19,317 bases of DNA from a virus, in the UHGV virus genome UHGV-1601204. One strand, 5' to 3'. Each line of letters begins with the position of its first letter. The stretch's first letter is position 1. A program made the translations under genes and the position numbers. This document shows positions 15,785 through 19,317 of this stretch, one piece after another. The notes beneath the pieces are model-generated. The model was given only the letters and a program-made list of their open reading frames with translations. It had not been told where the DNA came from and did not search any database.

Positions 15785-18150
15785 CGGATATTGTTGTTGG
15801 GTTGTCCACTGGTCAGTCGCCTTTTATGGTGTTAATGCAGCAGGGCGGCCAGCTAAAAGATATGTTCGGTGGGATTGGCCCGGCGATCAAAGGTGTTGGT
15901 TCTTATGTGCTGGGATTAATTAATCCTTTTACCCTGGCCGCAGCAGCCGTTGGCGTCTTAGGGCTGGCTTACTATAAAGGCTCTCAGGAGCAGGACGAAT
16001 TTAATAAGTCTCTTATTCTTACCGGAAATCAGTTGGGGACAACCAGCGGGCAATTGGCCGATATAGTTCAACGTGCCGGGAATGCGGCTGATTCGACAAC
16101 TGGCGCTGCGGCGGCAGTATTAAACCAGCTTGTGCGTTCGGGAAAGGTAGCGAGCAGTTCGCTGGAGCAAGTGACGACAGCGATAGTAAAAACGAGCGAA
16201 GTAACAGGAATATCAACCGAACAACTGGTTAATGACTTCAATGAAATTGCAAAGGATCCTGTCAGTGCCATATCAAAACTTAATGATCAGTACCATTTTC
16301 TGACAATTGCGACTTATAACCAGATTAAGGCGCTACAGGATGAAGGGAACCAGCAGGAGGCCGCCCGCATTGCGACAGAAGCATACTCATCCTCAATGAT
16401 CCAGCGCACCAACCAGATTAAAGAAAATCTTGGTTATCTTGAGACTGCATGGAAAGCTGTCGCAGACTCCGCAAAATGGGCATGGGATTCCATGCTGGAT
16501 ATTGGCCGTGAGGCCTCCCTTGATCAAAAAATCTCAGATGTTCTCCGTCAAATTGATGAAATAGAAAAAAATACCCGACCCGGAGTTTTCGGGTTAGGTG
16601 GCATTGGAGATGGCGGAGCTCAAAATAAAAGGCTGGCACGATTAAAGCAGCAATTGGGCGTACTTCAAGCAGAAAAAATTGCTCAGGACGTACTAAATTC
16701 ATCAATAAACGATTACAACAAGCGACAACAGGAAGGAATTGAACTCAGACAGAGAGCAGATGCCTTTTCAAAACAATATCAGACCCGGGAGCAGCAGAGA
16801 GCTAGTGAACTTGCAAAACTGGAAAAACTAAAGAGTCAGTATTCAAAGGAAGAATATAATAATCTTATCGCTCAAATAAATGAGCGTTATAAAGATCCAA
16901 AGCAACCAAAGGCGAAAGGTTATTCGGATGATGCTGCCCAACGAATGATTGATCATCTGAATCAACAGAATGCGTTACTAAGTTCACAAACTGAATTAAC
17001 CGTTAAATTAAGTTCCTCTGAACAGGAACTGGTTAAGTGGCGTCAGCAGATTGCCGACCTGGAGTCACGACCGTCATCGAAATTAACCAAGGATCAGAAA
17101 TCGCTTCTCTTACACCGGGAAGAAATAACCGCGTTGATGGAGAAAAATGTTGCGATTGAAAAAAATAACAGGCTAATCAAGGAATCCGCCGAAATAGCTG
17201 CATGGCGTGATTCATTGCAGGCTTCGATTGATAATCGTCAACAGGGGTATGATATTCAGATTGCTGGTTATGGGGTTGGCGATAAAAATCAGCAACGCCA
17301 GCAGGAATTACTGCGGATTGAACGTGAATATAACAATCAGCGTCTGCAACTTGAACGTGACTATGCAGATAAATCCCGTGGGATGTCAAATCATGTTTTT
17401 CAGGAGAAAATGCAGGCTCTGAATGATGCTCTGGAACGAGAAAAAGAAATTGTCAGACAGAAAAACGAGCAGCTCGATATTCAGGCAGGAGACTGGGTTA
17501 GTGGTGCCTCCCAGGGATTCAATAACTGGCTGGATGACACTAAGGATATCAGTGAGCAGATAAAATCAACCACGACTCAGATGTTTGATGGAATGACCGA
17601 TGCGCTGGGTGATTTTGTCACGACAGGCAAAGCAAATTTTCGTTCTTTCGCTACTTCCGTGATTTCGGATCTTAGTCGAATAGCATTAAAGGCTTCAATT
17701 ACTGGGATTTTCTACAGCATTAGTAACAGTTCTTCTGGGGGGATTTTAGGAACTATCGGGAGTGCTATTAGTAAATTTATTCCGAATGCAAAGGGCGGTG
17801 TTTATGAGTCTCCGTCATTGAACACGTATTCGAACGGTATTTATGATTCCCCGCAATTTTTTGCTTTTGCAAGAGGGGCTGGTGTTTTTGGTGAGGCTGG
17901 TCCGGAAGCCATTATGCCATTAACACGAACTTCCGATGGTTCTCTTGGTGTCAGAGCTGTTAATAGTAAAAGTGGTAATGGAGGCGGAGATATTACCTAT
18001 GCCCCTGTATACCAAATCACTATTCAAAATGACGGCCAGAATGGAGAGATTGGCCCTCAGGCAATAAAAGCACTTATGGGGATGGTTGATCAGCGGGTGC
18101 AGGGCAATCTGTTAAATATGCGACGTGATGGGGGAATGTTAAGTGGCTAA
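15733..18150 (+). CDS. H: Tail tape measure protein, main body (lambda gpH-like)
   Basis: 805-aa ORF. The N-terminal motif [41 protein letters not shown] matches the lambda H motif [40 protein letters not shown] from memory. Coiled-coil middle. C-terminus ...[10 protein letters not shown] resembles the lambda H end. It is in the -1 frame relative to the 15017 ORF. Confidence 0.85.
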
Positions 18151-18184
18151 TACGGAAGAATTTCACTGGTTACCAGAGGATGGA

Positions 18185-18481
18185 ATGAAAACAGAAAATA
18201 AACCATCGATAAAAACTGTAAGATTTGGCGATGGTTATGAGCAACGAAGTCCAAATGGACTTAATCATTCTCTGCGCGTTTTCACCTGTGATTTCAAAGT
18301 TGAGGCGAATGAACGTGATTCATTTGAAAAATTTTTAGCCCGGCATGAAGGCTATAAATCTTTTTTTTGGCGCCCGCCGGGTATTAACAGAAAAATCAGA
18401 GTGGTGTGTCGAACGTGGTCAGCGACAGAACATATCACCTATACCGATTTTTCGTGTCAGTTTGACGAAGTGGTGATCTGA
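18185..18481 (+). CDS. M: Minor tail protein M
   Basis: The track ORF 18143..18481 contains VRFGDGYEQRSPNGLN...FWRPPG...FDEVVI, matching lambda gpM (VRFGDGYSQRAPAGLN...FEQVVN) from memory. Start chosen at ATG 18185 (MKTENKP; lambda M starts MKTFRW) with SD GAGGA 6 nt upstream. GTG 18143 is an alternative. Confidence 0.88.
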   Translation: MKTENKPSIKTVRFGDGYEQRSPNGLNHSLRVFTCDFKVEANERDSFEKFLARHEGYKSFFWRPPGINRKIRVVCRTWSATEHITYTDFSCQFDEVVI

Positions 18482-19179
18482 TGCAGGACATACAACAGGA
18501 AACGCTGAATGAATGCATTCGTGCGGAGCAGTCGGCCAGCGTGGTGCTCTGGGAAATCGACCTGACCGAGGTAGGCGGGGATCGCTACTTTTTCTGTAAT
18601 GAGCAGAACGAAAAAGGTGAGTCTGTCACCTGGCAGAGTCGGCAGTATCAGGCCTATCCCATTCAGGGGAGTGGATTTGAGATGAACGGCAAGGGCAGTG
18701 CTGCCCGTCCGACACTGGCGGTCTCTAACCTGCACGGCATGATCACCGGGATGGCGGAAGATCTGCAGAGTCTGGTCGGCGGAACGGTGGTCCGGCGTAA
18801 GGTTTACGCCCGCTTTCTGGATGCGGTGAACTTCGTCAACGGAAACAGCGAAGCCGATCCGGAGCAGGAGGTGATCAGCCGCTGGCGCATCGAGCAGTGC
18901 AGCGAACTGAGCGCGGTCAGTGCCTCTTTTGTACTGTCCACGCCGACTGAAACGGATGGTGCCGTTTTTCCGGGGCGCATCATGCTGGCTAATACCTGCA
19001 CCTGGACCTATCGCGGTGATGAGTGCGGTTATCACGGTCCGGCGGTCGCGGATGAATATGACCAGCCGACGTCCGATATCACGAAGGATAAATGCAGCAA
19101 ATGCCTGAGTGGCTGTAAGTTTCGCAATAATGTCGGCAACTTTGGCGGCTTCCTTTCCATTAACAAACTTTCGCAGTAA
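18481..19179 (+). CDS. L: Minor tail protein L
   Basis: 232 aa, near-identical to lambda gpL as I recall it (MQDIQQETLNECIRAEQSASVVLWEIDLTEVGG...NVGNFGGFLSINKLSQ). Start overlaps the M stop (TGATG), as in lambda. Confidence 0.95.
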   Translation: MQDIQQETLNECIRAEQSASVVLWEIDLTEVGGDRYFFCNEQNEKGESVTWQSRQYQAYPIQGSGFEMNGKGSAARPTLAVSNLHGMITGMAEDLQSLVGGTVVRRKVYARFLDAVNFVNGNSEADPEQEVISRWRIEQCSELSAVSASFVLSTPTETDGAVFPGRIMLANTCTWTYRGDECGYHGPAVADEYDQPTSDITKDKCSKCLSGCKFRNNVGNFGGFLSINKLSQ

Positions 19180-19184
19180 ATCCC

Positions 19185-19317
19185 ATGACACAGACAGAAT
19201 CAGCGATTCTGGCGCAAGCTCGGCGATGTGCGCCAGCGGAGTCGTGCGGCTTCGTGGTAAGCACGCCGGAGGGGGAAAGATATTTCCCCTGCGTGAATAT
19301 CTCCGGTGAGCCGGAGG
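19185..19317 (+). CDS. K: Tail assembly protein K, 5' portion (continues beyond the window)
   Basis: ATG 19185 opens MTQTESAILAQARRCAPAESCGFVVSTPEGERYFPCVNISGEPE, matching the N-terminus of lambda gpK from memory. No stop within the window. Absent from the ORF track because it is truncated. Confidence 0.85.
   Translation, partial: MTQTESAILAQARRCAPAESCGFVVSTPEGERYFPCVNISGEPE

Noticed and set aside
18457-19191. 244-aa ORF on the minus strand
   Set aside because: It lies entirely antisense to gene L, whose product is near-identical to lambda gpL. A long antisense open frame is expected in a GC-rich, codon-biased region. No independent translation signals were seen.
1-19317. Searched for tRNA genes, CRISPR arrays, integrase, att sites and IS elements
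   Set aside because: No cloverleaf-like conserved tRNA features, no regularly spaced direct repeats with unique spacers, and no transposase- or integrase-like ORFs were seen. The window appears to lie wholly inside the prophage late region.

Overview
This window is the late region of a lambdoid, Rac-like enterobacterial prophage, with every supported gene on the + strand. In order: the 3' end of endolysin R and the spanins Rz/Rz1 (lambda-like); an AT-rich trkG potassium-transporter moron; an accessory module of a ParB-like nuclease-domain protein, a DxD-motif enzyme-like protein and a small putative DNA-binding protein; then a non-lambda packaging and head module (TerS, TerL, portal, head morphogenesis, scaffold, major capsid); four small connector/neck genes; major tail protein; a G/GT-type tail chaperone with an A_AAA_AAG -1 frameshift site; a tape measure gene split into two frames; and lambda-like M, L and the start of K. 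Identifications rest on recalled protein families and synteny, not on database searches. The most interesting items are the uncharacterised ParB-like/DxD-enzyme pair just upstream of terS, the frame-disrupted tape measure gene, a TGCGCA repeat array inside terS (candidate pac site), an unlisted 58-codon ORF after the capsid terminator, and a strong hairpin that buries the chaperone gene's Shine-Dalgarno sequence. No tRNA, CRISPR array, integrase or IS element was seen.
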